This document shows positions 9,236 to 20,001 of a stretch of 64,000 nucleotides of DNA, in pieces. The translations under genes were made by a program, and so were the position numbers. The first letter of the stretch is position 1; every line of letters starts with the position of its first letter. The stretch is from contig QHTZ01000078.1 of the NCBI GenBank assembly GCA_003221005.1, positions 1 to 64,000 on the forward strand. Direction: 5' to 3'. Source of the DNA: Gemmatimonadota bacterium. Its GTDB lineage: Bacteria; Gemmatimonadota; Gemmatimonadetes; Gemmatimonadales; GWC2-71-9. The notes under the pieces are model-generated. The model did not search any database. It was not told the origin of the DNA and was given only the letters and a program-made list of their open reading frames with translations.

Positions 9236-10180
9236 TTAGTGGCCGCTCGGCGTCCGGGTGGACATCCAGATGTCGTCTCCGCCAAATCCACCGGGTCGAT
9301 TCGAAGCAAAGATCAGCGTTCGAGCGTTGCTCGAGAAACTCGGGTGACGGTCCATCGCGGTCGAATTCAGCGCCGTGAGGTTCTCGGGGGTGGACCAGGG
9401 GTCGTGCACGCTCCGACGGGTCGAGACCCAGAGGTCTTGCAGGCCCAGGCCACCGGGACGGGCCGAGAGAAACACCACCTCTCGACCGTCCGTGCGCACT
9501 GTTGCTCCTGTGCCGGGGCTGAGCTCCGGTACGAGCACCGCCGGTCCGCGAGCCTTCCCGTCCCTGGTGAGGGGCGCAACGTACATGCTAAAACCGACGC
9601 CCGTCACCGGCGCTCGACCGAAATAGAAGTTCAGCTCTCCGTCTTCGGCACTCTGGAGGTATTCCGGCCCAGCTTCGAAAATCGCCGTGTTGATGTTCGG
9701 GCCGAGATTCACCGGGGCTTCCCACGCGAAGTCATCCTTCGGGTTGGCCCGGCGCGACACATAGATGTCGTTGCTGCCCTCACCGCCGGGACGGTCGCTG
9801 TAGAAAAACAGCAGGTGGCCGTCCAGCGAGATGCTGGGCCCCTGGTCACCGCTGGCGGTGTTCACGGTCGGCCCGAGGTTCACCGGTGTCTCCCAAGGAC
9901 ATTCGACGCAGGCGCGATGCGCCACCCAGATGTCTGCGCCACCGAAACCGCCGGCGCGGTTCGACGTGAAGTAGAGGCTGAGGTCGTCAGGTGACAACGC
10001 GCAGTTGTTCTCTGTTGCGTCGGTGTTGATCGGCGCTCCCACATTCACGGGCGGAGACCACTCGGAATTGCCGAAGAAAAAAGCCGAGAGGCCCGAGGGA
10101 AGCGGATCGGGGTCGCTTCCACACGCGAGCAGCAGGGTGAGGGGGGCCAGCAAGGTCAAGAGGCGGGCTGTGGTTGTCAT
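9236..10180 (-). CDS. PD40 (TolB-like/WD40-like) beta-propeller lipoprotein, copy 3
   Basis: LLAC lipobox; repeated W-x-x-P-x-N-L-G...S-x-D-G...F-x-S-x-R-x-G-G-x-G-x-x-D-I-W units. Confidence 0.85.
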   Translation of the reverse strand: MTTTARLLTLLAPLTLLLACGSDPDPLPSGLSAFFFGNSEWSPPVNVGAPINTDATENNCALSPDDLSLYFTSNRAGGFGGADIWVAHRACVECPWETPVNLGPTVNTASGDQGPSISLDGHLLFFYSDRPGGEGSNDIYVSRRANPKDDFAWEAPVNLGPNINTAIFEAGPEYLQSAEDGELNFYFGRAPVTGVGFSMYVAPLTRDGKARGPAVLVPELSPGTGATVRTDGREVVFLSARPGGLGLQDLWVSTRRSVHDPWSTPENLTALNSTAMDRHPSFSSNARTLIFASNRPGGFGGDDIWMSTRTPSGH

Positions 10181-11187
10181 GGGACCTCCTTACCGCTCGG
10201 TGTGCGGGTCGACATCCAGAGATCGTTCCCTCCACTCCCGCCCGGCCGGTTCGACGTGAAGATCAGCGTCCGGCCGTCCCGCGACAGACTCGCCTGCGAG
10301 TCGATGTAGCTCGTGTTGAGCGGGGCTCCGAGGTGCTCCGCTGCGGACCACGCATCGTGGATCGCTTGGCGAGTGAACCGCCAGATGTCCAGGTCGCCGA
10401 ACGTCCCAGCCCGGTTCGAGGACAGCAGCAATTCGTGCCCATCCGTGCGCACCGCCACTTTTTGGTCGGTGCTCGTCGAATTGAGCTCGGACACGGCGAC
10501 GGCGGGGCCGAGCGGCTCACCGTCGCTCGACAGGGAGACCTTGTAGATGTCTTGGTCGCCGCCGGAGGGACCCCGATTGAAGTACAACGTGGCGGTTCCT
10601 TCCCCGTCTCCTCGCACGTAAGACGCCCCCTGCTCGCTCCCAGCGGTATTCACGTCAGGGCCCAGGTTCACCGGGTCGCCCCAGAGGTCACCGTCTGCGC
10701 CGGTGCTGATCCGCTGCGACACCCAGATGTCAGAGCCTCCCTGGCCACCCGATCGGCCGCTGTAGAAGAACAGCAGCCGCCCGTCGTCCGAGAGAGTCGG
10801 CGCTCCCTCGTTCGTGGAGGTGTTGATGGCGGTCCCGAGGTTCACCGGCGTTTCCCAGGCGCACTGCAAGCACGTGCGGTGGGACACCCAGATGTCGTTT
10901 CCGCCCATTCCGCCCGGTCGATTCGAGCCGAAGTAGAGCGCGTGCTGGTCGGGGGAAAGCCCGGCGTTCATGTCGGCAGCGCTCGAGTTGACCACCGGGC
11001 CGAGGTTGACGGGCACGGACCACTCGGAATTGTCGAAGCGGTCGGCCAGGATCGACCCGAGCCGAGCCCCCGGCGCGACGGTCGTGTCGTTACAAGCGAG
11101 CGCGGCGAGGGCCGCGGAGAGCGAGAGCAACGAGTTCCTCACCATGAAGCACCTCCCTGGAGGCAGAATGCGGAGTGCAGTGGTCAT
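10177..11187 (-). CDS. PD40 beta-propeller lipoprotein, copy 2
   Basis: ALAC lipobox; same repeats; ATGA overlap with both neighbours; start could be the downstream MVRNSLL. Confidence 0.85.
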   Translation of the reverse strand: MTTALRILPPGRCFMVRNSLLSLSAALAALACNDTTVAPGARLGSILADRFDNSEWSVPVNLGPVVNSSAADMNAGLSPDQHALYFGSNRPGGMGGNDIWVSHRTCLQCAWETPVNLGTAINTSTNEGAPTLSDDGRLLFFYSGRSGGQGGSDIWVSQRISTGADGDLWGDPVNLGPDVNTAGSEQGASYVRGDGEGTATLYFNRGPSGGDQDIYKVSLSSDGEPLGPAVAVSELNSTSTDQKVAVRTDGHELLLSSNRAGTFGDLDIWRFTRQAIHDAWSAAEHLGAPLNTSYIDSQASLSRDGRTLIFTSNRPGGSGGNDLWMSTRTPSGKEVP

Positions 11188-12146
11188 GGAACCTGCTTAC
11201 CGCTCGGTGTGCGGGTCGACATGTAGATGTCCGTGCCACCAAAACCGCCGGACCGACTCGACGCGAACAGCAGCGTCCGGCCGTCGCTCGACAGACCGGG
11301 TTGCTGGTCAGCCGCCGCCGAGTTCAGCGGCCCCAGATTCACGGGCGTGGACCAGGGATCGTGGAGGCTGCGACGGGTGGACGTCCAGAGGTCGTTCCCG
11401 CCCAGTCCACCGGGGCGGGTCGAGAAGAAAAAGATCTCCCGGCCATCGGTGCGCAGCGTCGAGCCCTGGTCGGTGGCAGTTGGGTGGCTCAGTTCGGTGA
11501 CCAGTGTCGCGGGGCCACGAGTCTCACCGTCCCGGGTCAGCGGTGCATAGTAGATGTCCGCGGTCCCGCCCGGTGGTGCTCTGTTGAAGTAGAGGTTACC
11601 CGCCCCATCCTCCGCGTTCTGCAAGTACTCCGCCCCAGCCTCGGACCCGGCCGTGTTCACGTCGGCGCCCAGCCCCACCGGGGGTTCCCAGCCGAAGTCG
11701 TCATTCGGGTTGGCTCGGTGAGATATGTAAAGGTCGCTCAGTCCCTGCCCGCCGGGCCGCGTGCTCGTGAAGAAAAGCATGTGTTCGTCGATCGAGAGGC
11801 CGGGTCCGGTCTCGCTGGCTGTCGTATTGACCACTGGTCCGAGGTTCTCGGGCGGCTCCCATGGGCAGTCGGAGCAGGCGCGCCGCGCCACCCAAAGATC
11901 GAACGAGCCCGATCCACCCGCCCGGTCCGAGCCGAAGTAGAGAGTGCGTCCGTCCTTCGAGAGTGTCGGACCCTGCTCGTTGGCGGCAGTATTGATCGTC
12001 GCTCCGAGGTTCCCCGGCGCGGACCACTCGGAGTTGGCGAAGGATTGGGCTTGGATGCGGTACGTGGGCCCTTGGGACTCCGTGACGCAGCCGAGCAGCA
12101 AGGCGAGCGGGGTGAGCGAAGCGAGTATGCGGGGCGCGATTGTCAT
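11184..12146 (-). CDS. PD40 beta-propeller lipoprotein, copy 1
   Basis: LLGC lipobox; same repeats; AGGAGG SD upstream. Confidence 0.85.
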   Translation of the reverse strand: MTIAPRILASLTPLALLLGCVTESQGPTYRIQAQSFANSEWSAPGNLGATINTAANEQGPTLSKDGRTLYFGSDRAGGSGSFDLWVARRACSDCPWEPPENLGPVVNTTASETGPGLSIDEHMLFFTSTRPGGQGLSDLYISHRANPNDDFGWEPPVGLGADVNTAGSEAGAEYLQNAEDGAGNLYFNRAPPGGTADIYYAPLTRDGETRGPATLVTELSHPTATDQGSTLRTDGREIFFFSTRPGGLGGNDLWTSTRRSLHDPWSTPVNLGPLNSAAADQQPGLSSDGRTLLFASSRSGGFGGTDIYMSTRTPSGKQVP

Positions 12147-12167
12147 TGAACCTCCTAGGGATTGCGC

Positions 12168-12283
12168 TCCCGTCGGTGGCGGAGGCGGTCTCGGTGTCGG
12201 AGGGGCGTCCTGGGGGCGTCGGTTCGACAGCAGGGGCCGTAAAGACCATCGGCGGAGCAGGGAACTCCCGCCACCGTAGCGGG
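12168..12283 (-). ncRNA. Possible structured 5' leader of the PD40 operon
   Basis: Nested inverted repeats CGGTGGCGG/CCGCCACCG, GGTCT/AGACC, TGTCG/CGACA; no known family recognised. Confidence 0.3.
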
Positions 12284-12323
12284 TCCGAAGCTACACCCAG
12301 CCGCTGGTGCCGCAAGTTGCCGC

Positions 12324-12525
12324 TTAACAGCAGCGCGCGACCTGGCCCTTTCGTTCGAAGCAGTCGGCTAGGTATTCGCGCTCGCTCAGCGGAGGACGCC
12401 CCGCCCGCCGACAGTGCTCGACGTAAGCCGCGTAATCGGGCGCGCCGATGATGCGCCGCAGCACGCGCGTGACGCGGGTGGGGAGGGGCTGGGCCCCTTC
12501 CCCCTTCCCTCTTCCCCCTTCCCGT

Positions 12526-12542
<17 letters not shown>
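12324..12542 (-). CDS. YbdD/YjiX-family small protein associated with CstA
   Basis: GAPDYAAYVEH...PLSEREY...RCC C-terminus; directly downstream of cstA; start uncertain. Confidence 0.85.
12496..12523. repeat. Four 7-bp tandem units (GGGAAGG on the coding strand) at the cstA/yjiX junction
   Basis: CCTTCCC CCTTCCC TCTTCCC CCTTCCC. Confidence 0.75.
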
Positions 12543-14562
<2,020 letters not shown>

Positions 14563-14569
14563 GCGGGCT

Positions 14570-14598
14570 AAGTTACGGTGCGCCTTGCCGCTGTTCAA
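14570..14598 (-). promoter_or_regulatory. Putative leaderless-type sigma70 promoter of cstA
   Basis: Minus strand TTGAAC-17 nt-TAACTT, ATG 7 nt downstream. Confidence 0.55.
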
Positions 14599-14599
14599 A

Positions 14600-14617
14600 T
14601 TCGAACATAGGTTCGAA
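14600..14617. promoter_or_regulatory. Palindromic operator TTCGAAC-N4-GTTCGAA between divergent cstA and SDR genes
   Basis: TTCGAACATAGGTTCGAA; overlaps the -10 (TAGGTT) of a TTGCCG-17-TAGGTT plus-strand promoter. Confidence 0.45.
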
Positions 14618-14635
14618 CTCCTTGAACCCGATTTC

Positions 14636-15433
14636 TTGGACGTTGGCTGCGCGCGCGACCACGCCGGGGGGGAGACGGTTCAGGGCCGCGTCGCGATCGT
14701 CACCGGCGGCGCGACTGGCCTGGGGCGCGCCACCGGCCTCGAGTTCGCCCGGCAAGGCGTCGCGATCGCCTTCAACTACGTCGAGCTCCCCGAGCGCGAC
14801 GTCGGCGCGCAGGCGTTGCTCACCGAAACGGCCATCCGCGCGCAGGGCGTCCCCGTCTACTGCGCCCGCTGTGACGTCCGCAACCACGACGAAGTCGAGC
14901 GCTTCGTCACCGAGACCCGCGAGCGACTCGGCGGCGTGCACTACCTGGTGAACAACGCTGGGGTGACGCACGATGGCGCCCTGTGGCGGCTGTCGGCGGA
15001 CGCCTGGCAGGAGGTGCTCGACACTAATGTGACGGGCGCGTTCAACTGCATTCAGGTGGTGTCCCGCCACATGCGCGCTCAGCGTTATGGCAAAGTCGTG
15101 AACGTGGCGAGTCATCAAGCCTTCCGGCCCGGTTTCGGGATCTCGAACTACGCGACCAGCAAGGCGGCGCTGATCGGTCTCACCAAGGCCGCCGCCGTCG
15201 ACCTGGGCTCCTCCAACGTCAACGTCAATGCGGTCGCACCGGGGTTCGTGAAGACCGAGCTGCTCGCGAAGCTGCCGCGCGAGGTATTGGAGCGCGCCGA
15301 GCACGAATCGGTGCTGGGACGCGTCGCCGAGCCCGAGGACATCGCGCGCGTCATCGTGTTCCTGTGCAGTGACGCGGCGCGGCACATCACGGGGCAAGTG
15401 ATCGTGGTGGACGGCGGGCTGACGCTCGCTTGA
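14636..15433 (+). CDS. SDR, 3-oxoacyl-ACP reductase-like
   Basis: TGGATGLG, NNAG, YATSK, NAVAPG and ITGQVIVVDGG motifs; start codon uncertain. Confidence 0.88.
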   Translation: MDVGCARDHAGGETVQGRVAIVTGGATGLGRATGLEFARQGVAIAFNYVELPERDVGAQALLTETAIRAQGVPVYCARCDVRNHDEVERFVTETRERLGGVHYLVNNAGVTHDGALWRLSADAWQEVLDTNVTGAFNCIQVVSRHMRAQRYGKVVNVASHQAFRPGFGISNYATSKAALIGLTKAAAVDLGSSNVNVNAVAPGFVKTELLAKLPREVLERAEHESVLGRVAEPEDIARVIVFLCSDAARHITGQVIVVDGGLTLA

Positions 15434-15464
15434 AAAATGTCGCCCCGGGCGCGATCTTGGCACG

Positions 15465-16157
15465 GTGACTAATCCGTTGAAATTCAAATACTTAAAGGGT
15501 GGCGCGTGGGCGGTGGGGGCGTGGGTTGCGCTGGGGTGCGGCCACAAGCCGGCCGATTCCGCCGCGCCGCAACCCACGGCGCCGCTGCCCACGGCAGCGC
15601 TCGCAGGCCAGCGGGTGATCCTGCTTCCGTTCACGCTCGTGGTGGCGGAGGATTCGCTCCGCTGGGAAGCGGCGCTCGCCGATCGGCGCGCCACGCTGGC
15701 GCGCGCGGACAGCATCCTGGGCGCGTTGCTCGGCGCGCGCGCGCCCGAGATCAGCTGGGTGCCGCCCGATGAGTTGCGCCGTGCCGCACGCCGCGCGCCC
15801 GGGATCGCCAGCGACCCGGACCAGCTGGCCACCGCAATCCTCCGTGCCAAGAACTTGAAGGTCGTGCCCGATCCGCTACGAACCCAGCTGCGCACCATCG
15901 CCGCCCTCGCGGGCGGCGACGCCGGACGCTACGCGCTCGTCCCCGCGGCTCTGATCTACCGGCGTCCGAGCGGGGGAGCGGACGGGCGAACGGCCCGCCC
16001 CATCCCTCCCGGAGTCGGCATCGCCGAGCTGGCCATCGTGCTGGCGGACGTGCGGCTGGGGCGTATCGGGTGGCGCACCGTGGCGACCGGCGCCGGGGGC
16101 GATCCCTGGAGCGCGCTCACGCGCGCCGTGAAGGCTCTGACCCCAGGGCTGCCGTGA
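15465..16157 (+). CDS. Hypothetical lipoprotein
   Basis: VALGC lipobox-like signal; GTGA-coupled to the next gene. Confidence 0.65.
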   Translation: MTNPLKFKYLKGGAWAVGAWVALGCGHKPADSAAPQPTAPLPTAALAGQRVILLPFTLVVAEDSLRWEAALADRRATLARADSILGALLGARAPEISWVPPDELRRAARRAPGIASDPDQLATAILRAKNLKVVPDPLRTQLRTIAALAGGDAGRYALVPAALIYRRPSGGADGRTARPIPPGVGIAELAIVLADVRLGRIGWRTVATGAGGDPWSALTRAVKALTPGLP

Positions 16158-16465
16158 CGACCATGGGCGCGCCCTTCGCCACGAGCCACTCCTGCGCGCG
16201 CTGCGGCGCGCAGACGGCGGGGATCGCGGTCGGTGGGCTGTGTCCCAACTGTACTCGTAGCGTGGAGTTGCGCGCATCCCGGCTGGGACGGTGGGTGGCA
16301 CTCGGCAGCACGGCGCTCCTGGCGGCGTATCTCAGTTTCGCGCTGCGCGCGGTCGTGCCCGCGTGGCGGGGAACGGGCCGCGCCATCGCGGCCGCGGCGG
16401 TCGTTGCGTGGTGCCTGCTGACGTACCGCATCGTGAAGCGGATCGGAATCGAATGGCTGAAATGA
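16154..16465 (+). CDS. Small membrane protein with N-terminal CxxC...CxxC
   Basis: CARC...CPNC followed by two TM helices; coupled on both sides. Confidence 0.65.
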   Translation: MTTMGAPFATSHSCARCGAQTAGIAVGGLCPNCTRSVELRASRLGRWVALGSTALLAAYLSFALRAVVPAWRGTGRAIAAAAVVAWCLLTYRIVKRIGIEWLK

Positions 16466-17841
16466 CGCGGTCCGCTTTCAGCCCAGCGCTCCTCCTCCTA
16501 CTCGCGGGGCCGCTCGCCGGTCAGACCTCTCTATCCATCTATTCGGACGGGCGTGCGGTCGTGCGCCGGACGCTCCCGCAAGCGCTGGCGAAGGGGCGGA
16601 ACGCCCTCACCCTCGAGCTCGACGGAGTCGATCCCGCGACGGTGTTTTCCCCCGACACGGCGGTGACAGTGGCCGCGGCGGTGCTGCGGCCCGCGACGGG
16701 ACGCGGCGCGGCGCTCGAGAGCGCGGCCGGGCAGACGCTCTCGTTCGTGCGCGCCAAGGGCGACACCGTGCGGGCCACCGTCGTGCGAGCGAGCCCGCCG
16801 CAGTACCGTCTCCCGGATGGACGCTTCCTGCTCGTGGAGCCCGGGGAGCCGCTCTTCCCCGCGGAGCTGGTGCGGACCACGTCGCAGTTGAGCCTGGTCC
16901 TCGACGCCGGGCGCGCGCGCCCGGCCACGGAGCTGGCGTACGTCACAGAAGGGGTCAGCTGGCACGCGGTCTATCAGGTGGTGCTGACGGGCGCAGGCGG
17001 TGCGGCGGTATCGGGGACGGCCACGGTCACCTCGCAGCGGGTCCGAGCGGACAGCTCCGCGGTGCAGCTCGTGGCGGGCACGATCTTCCGGGCGCGGCCC
17101 GGCAGTCCGCTGCCGATGGCGGGCTTCGTGCGCGCCGACATGGCGATGGCGGCGCCGGAGCCCGCGATGAGCGAGGAGGCGGTGGGCGAAGCGCATGTGT
17201 ACACGCTCCCCACGCGAATCACGCTCGAGCCCGGCGTGCCGGTGACGGCCGCGCTGTTTCCGCGGGTGGTGGTGTCGGCCGTCCAGGAGCTGATCGCGCC
17301 AGGTGTGGTGCCGTGGCGCGGCTACCTGGCAAACTCGCCCGGCCCCGCCGAGGCGAACCGAGTACCGGTGCAGGTGTGGTACACGCTCAAGCGGCCGCGC
17401 GGCACGCCGTTCGGCGACCGGCCCGTGCCGGGCGGCACCGTGCAGGTGTACCAGGCCGACTCCCTGGGGCGGGTACAGCTCGTCGGGGAGGCGAGGAGCA
17501 GCCACACCGCGCCTGGACGCGACCTGCGGGTGCAGGCGGGGGAGGCCTTCGACGTCACCGCCGAGCGCGTACAGACCGACTACAGCCAGGAACAGCTGCC
17601 GCCGCCGCGTCGCGGGTTGCCTGCGCGGCAGCGCGTCACGGCATCGTACCGCGTGATGATCGCGAACGCGAAGCCGCTGCCCGTGACGGTCGACGTGCGG
17701 GAAGCGCGCGCCGGTGTCTGGACGGTGACGACGAGCAGCCTGCCGCTGGAGAAGCTGTCCGCGACCGAGGTCCGCTTCCGCGTGTCCGTGCCGGCGGGCG
17801 GCGAAGCGACGCTCACGTACACGGTCCAGGTGGAATCGTGA
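16462..17841 (+). CDS. DUF4139-type secreted protein
   Basis: Signal peptide, LSIYSDGRAVVRR, LAYVTEGVSWHAVY, C-terminal LTYTV. Confidence 0.8.
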   Translation: MTRSAFSPALLLLLAGPLAGQTSLSIYSDGRAVVRRTLPQALAKGRNALTLELDGVDPATVFSPDTAVTVAAAVLRPATGRGAALESAAGQTLSFVRAKGDTVRATVVRASPPQYRLPDGRFLLVEPGEPLFPAELVRTTSQLSLVLDAGRARPATELAYVTEGVSWHAVYQVVLTGAGGAAVSGTATVTSQRVRADSSAVQLVAGTIFRARPGSPLPMAGFVRADMAMAAPEPAMSEEAVGEAHVYTLPTRITLEPGVPVTAALFPRVVVSAVQELIAPGVVPWRGYLANSPGPAEANRVPVQVWYTLKRPRGTPFGDRPVPGGTVQVYQADSLGRVQLVGEARSSHTAPGRDLRVQAGEAFDVTAERVQTDYSQEQLPPPRRGLPARQRVTASYRVMIANAKPLPVTVDVREARAGVWTVTTSSLPLEKLSATEVRFRVSVPAGGEATLTYTVQVES

Positions 17842-18686
17842 CGGTCCAGCTGCTTCACGTCTCCGACCCGCATTTCGGCGGCCTCGCCGACGTGGGACAG
17901 GTCGAGGCGCTCGAGGCAATGATCCCGGACCTGCGTCCCGACGCCGTCGTCCTGTCGGGCGATCTCACCCAGCGTGCCCGGCACGGAGAGTTCCAGCGGG
18001 CGCGGGCGTTCGTGAACGTTGCGTCGAAGAGCGCGCCGGTCTACGTCCTCCCCGGCAACCACGACGTAGCCTGGTGGTGGCGCCCGTTTTTCCCATTCGG
18101 GCGCGGAGCGCTGTACCGCAAGTATCGCCGCTATTTCGGTGAGGAGCTCACGCCGACGCTCACCATCCCCGGTGCCGTGATCGCCGGGGCGCTCACGGCG
18201 AACGGAGTCGGCTGGCTTTCCCTGACGTGGCGTCCGCGAGACCTCGCGGTGATGGGCCACCTCCCCAAGCGCGAATTCCTGCGGGTCCAGAAGGTGTTCG
18301 CCGAGGCGCCGCTCGGGTTGGCGCGAGTGCTCGTGGTGCACCACAACGTGCTGCGGGGCGAGATCTCGCGGCGCATGGGCCTCGCGCGCTGGCGCCAGGC
18401 CCAGCGGCGCATCCTGGCCTCGGGAGCCGAGGTGGTGCTGTGTGCGCACGATCACCAAGAGGGTGCGGAGATGTTGGGCGACCGGGTGGTGATCTCGACG
18501 GCCAGCACGGTGTCCACGCGCGCGCGTGGGGGACTGCCCGCGAGCTTCAATTTCGTCACGATTGAGCCGACGGCCGTGCAGATCACGTTCTTTCGCTGGG
18601 ACCGGGAGCGGGGGCGGTTCCAGCCGTCGGACACGTTCGCGTTCGCCCGGGCTACGGGCCGCGCCGCGCCGGCGGCGGTCGGCTGA
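17838..18686 (+). CDS. Calcineurin-like metallophosphoesterase
   Basis: SDPHFG, GDLTQR, PGNHD, HH and AHDH motifs. Confidence 0.88.
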   Translation: MTVQLLHVSDPHFGGLADVGQVEALEAMIPDLRPDAVVLSGDLTQRARHGEFQRARAFVNVASKSAPVYVLPGNHDVAWWWRPFFPFGRGALYRKYRRYFGEELTPTLTIPGAVIAGALTANGVGWLSLTWRPRDLAVMGHLPKREFLRVQKVFAEAPLGLARVLVVHHNVLRGEISRRMGLARWRQAQRRILASGAEVVLCAHDHQEGAEMLGDRVVISTASTVSTRARGGLPASFNFVTIEPTAVQITFFRWDRERGRFQPSDTFAFARATGRAAPAAVG

Positions 18687-18704
18687 GGGGAAGGGAAGAC
18701 TGAC

Positions 18705-19892
18705 ATGGCACTGAGATTCCAGGGCGTCGACTTCTACGACGCCGATGGCCTGCTAACCGAAGAGGAGCGCGCCGTCCGCGACACGGTGCGCGCCTGGGTG
18801 GACGACAACGTCATCCCGGTGATCGGCGAGCACTACGTCGCGGGCAAGTTCCCCACCCACCTCGTTCCCCAAATGGCCGAGCTGGGGCTGTTCGGGGCGA
18901 ACCTCCCCGAGGAGTTCGGCTGCGCGGGCCTCAATAACGTCGCCTACGGGCTGATCATGCAGGAGCTGGAGCGCGGCGATTCCGGGGTGCGCTCGTTCGC
19001 ATCGGTGCAGGGAGCGCTCGTGATGTATCCCATCTACGAATTCGGCAGCGACGAGCAGAAGCGGCGCTGGCTGCCCGAGCTGGCGAGCGGGCGGCGCATC
19101 GGCTGCTTCGGGCTGACCGAGCCCGACTACGGCTCGAACCCCGGTGGGATGATCACGGTCGCGAAGGAGACGAAGGAGGGGTGGGTACTGAACGGGGCCA
19201 AGATGTGGATCACGAACGGCTCGACCGCGGACGTCGCGATCGTGTGGGCCAAGACGGCACGGTTGGACGATCCGGGCTCGATCCGCGGGTTCATCGTCCC
19301 CACCGACGCCAAGGGCTTCGCGGCGAAGGACCAGCAGGGGAAGCTCTCCTTGCGCGCGAGCGACACGAGCGAGCTCGTGCTTCAGGACGTGTGCGTCCCC
19401 AAGGAGGCGCTGCTGCCGAAGTCGGCCGGGCTCAAGTCGCCCCTCATGTGTCTCACGGCCGCGCGCTACGGCATCGCCTGGGGGGCGGTCGGATCCGCGA
19501 TGGCATGCTACGACGAAGCGGTGCGTTACGCCAAGGCGCGGGTCGTGTTCGACCGGCCCATCGGTGGCTTCCAGTTGCAGCAGGCCCGGCTCGTGGAGAT
19601 GCTGACGGAGATCACCAAGGCGCAGCTGCTGTGCCTCCAGCTGGGCCGGCTCAAGGACCAGGGGAAGATGTCGCCGCAGCAGGTCTCGCTCGCCAAGCGC
19701 AACAACGTGAGCATGGCGACCGATGTCGCCCGCGAGAGCCGGCGCCTGCTCGGGGCCAGCGGCATCCTCGCCGAGTATCAGGCGATGCGACATCTCGCGA
19801 ACCTCGAGTCCGTGTACACCTACGAAGGGACACACGACATCCACACGCTCATCCTCGGGCAGGAGATCACGGGGCTGAGCGCATTCAACTGA
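18705..19892 (+). CDS. Acyl-CoA dehydrogenase (glutaryl-CoA dehydrogenase-like)
   Basis: ELERGDSG, FGLTEPDYGS, NGAKMWITNG and TYEGTHDIH motifs. Confidence 0.92.
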   Translation: MALRFQGVDFYDADGLLTEEERAVRDTVRAWVDDNVIPVIGEHYVAGKFPTHLVPQMAELGLFGANLPEEFGCAGLNNVAYGLIMQELERGDSGVRSFASVQGALVMYPIYEFGSDEQKRRWLPELASGRRIGCFGLTEPDYGSNPGGMITVAKETKEGWVLNGAKMWITNGSTADVAIVWAKTARLDDPGSIRGFIVPTDAKGFAAKDQQGKLSLRASDTSELVLQDVCVPKEALLPKSAGLKSPLMCLTAARYGIAWGAVGSAMACYDEAVRYAKARVVFDRPIGGFQLQQARLVEMLTEITKAQLLCLQLGRLKDQGKMSPQQVSLAKRNNVSMATDVARESRRLLGASGILAEYQAMRHLANLESVYTYEGTHDIHTLILGQEITGLSAFN

Positions 19893-19991
19893 ATGCGGAG
19901 TGCGGAGTGCGGAATGCGGAATGTAAGTGTAAGCTTCTTGAGGCGAACGACTCTTCACTGAAATTCCGCGTTCCGCATTCCGCGTTCCGCG
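19892..19991. repeat. Heptamer tandem plus inverted heptamer tandem intergenic element
   Basis: A(A/G)TGCGG x4 (19892-19919), lower-GC spacer, TTCCGC(G/A) x4 (19964-19991). Confidence 0.85.
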
Positions 19992-20001
19992 TTTGCTCGC
20001 G

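Noticed and set aside
9236-12146. CRISPR array or DGR template/variable repeats
   Set aside because: The repeats are protein-level PD40 blades with synonymous divergence; no constant repeat-spacer period, no adenine-specific mismatch pattern seen, and no reverse transcriptase or cas gene
12324-12335. Selenoprotein form of the YjiX-family protein
   Set aside because: Ends TGC TGT TAA (Cys-Cys-stop); no in-frame TGA
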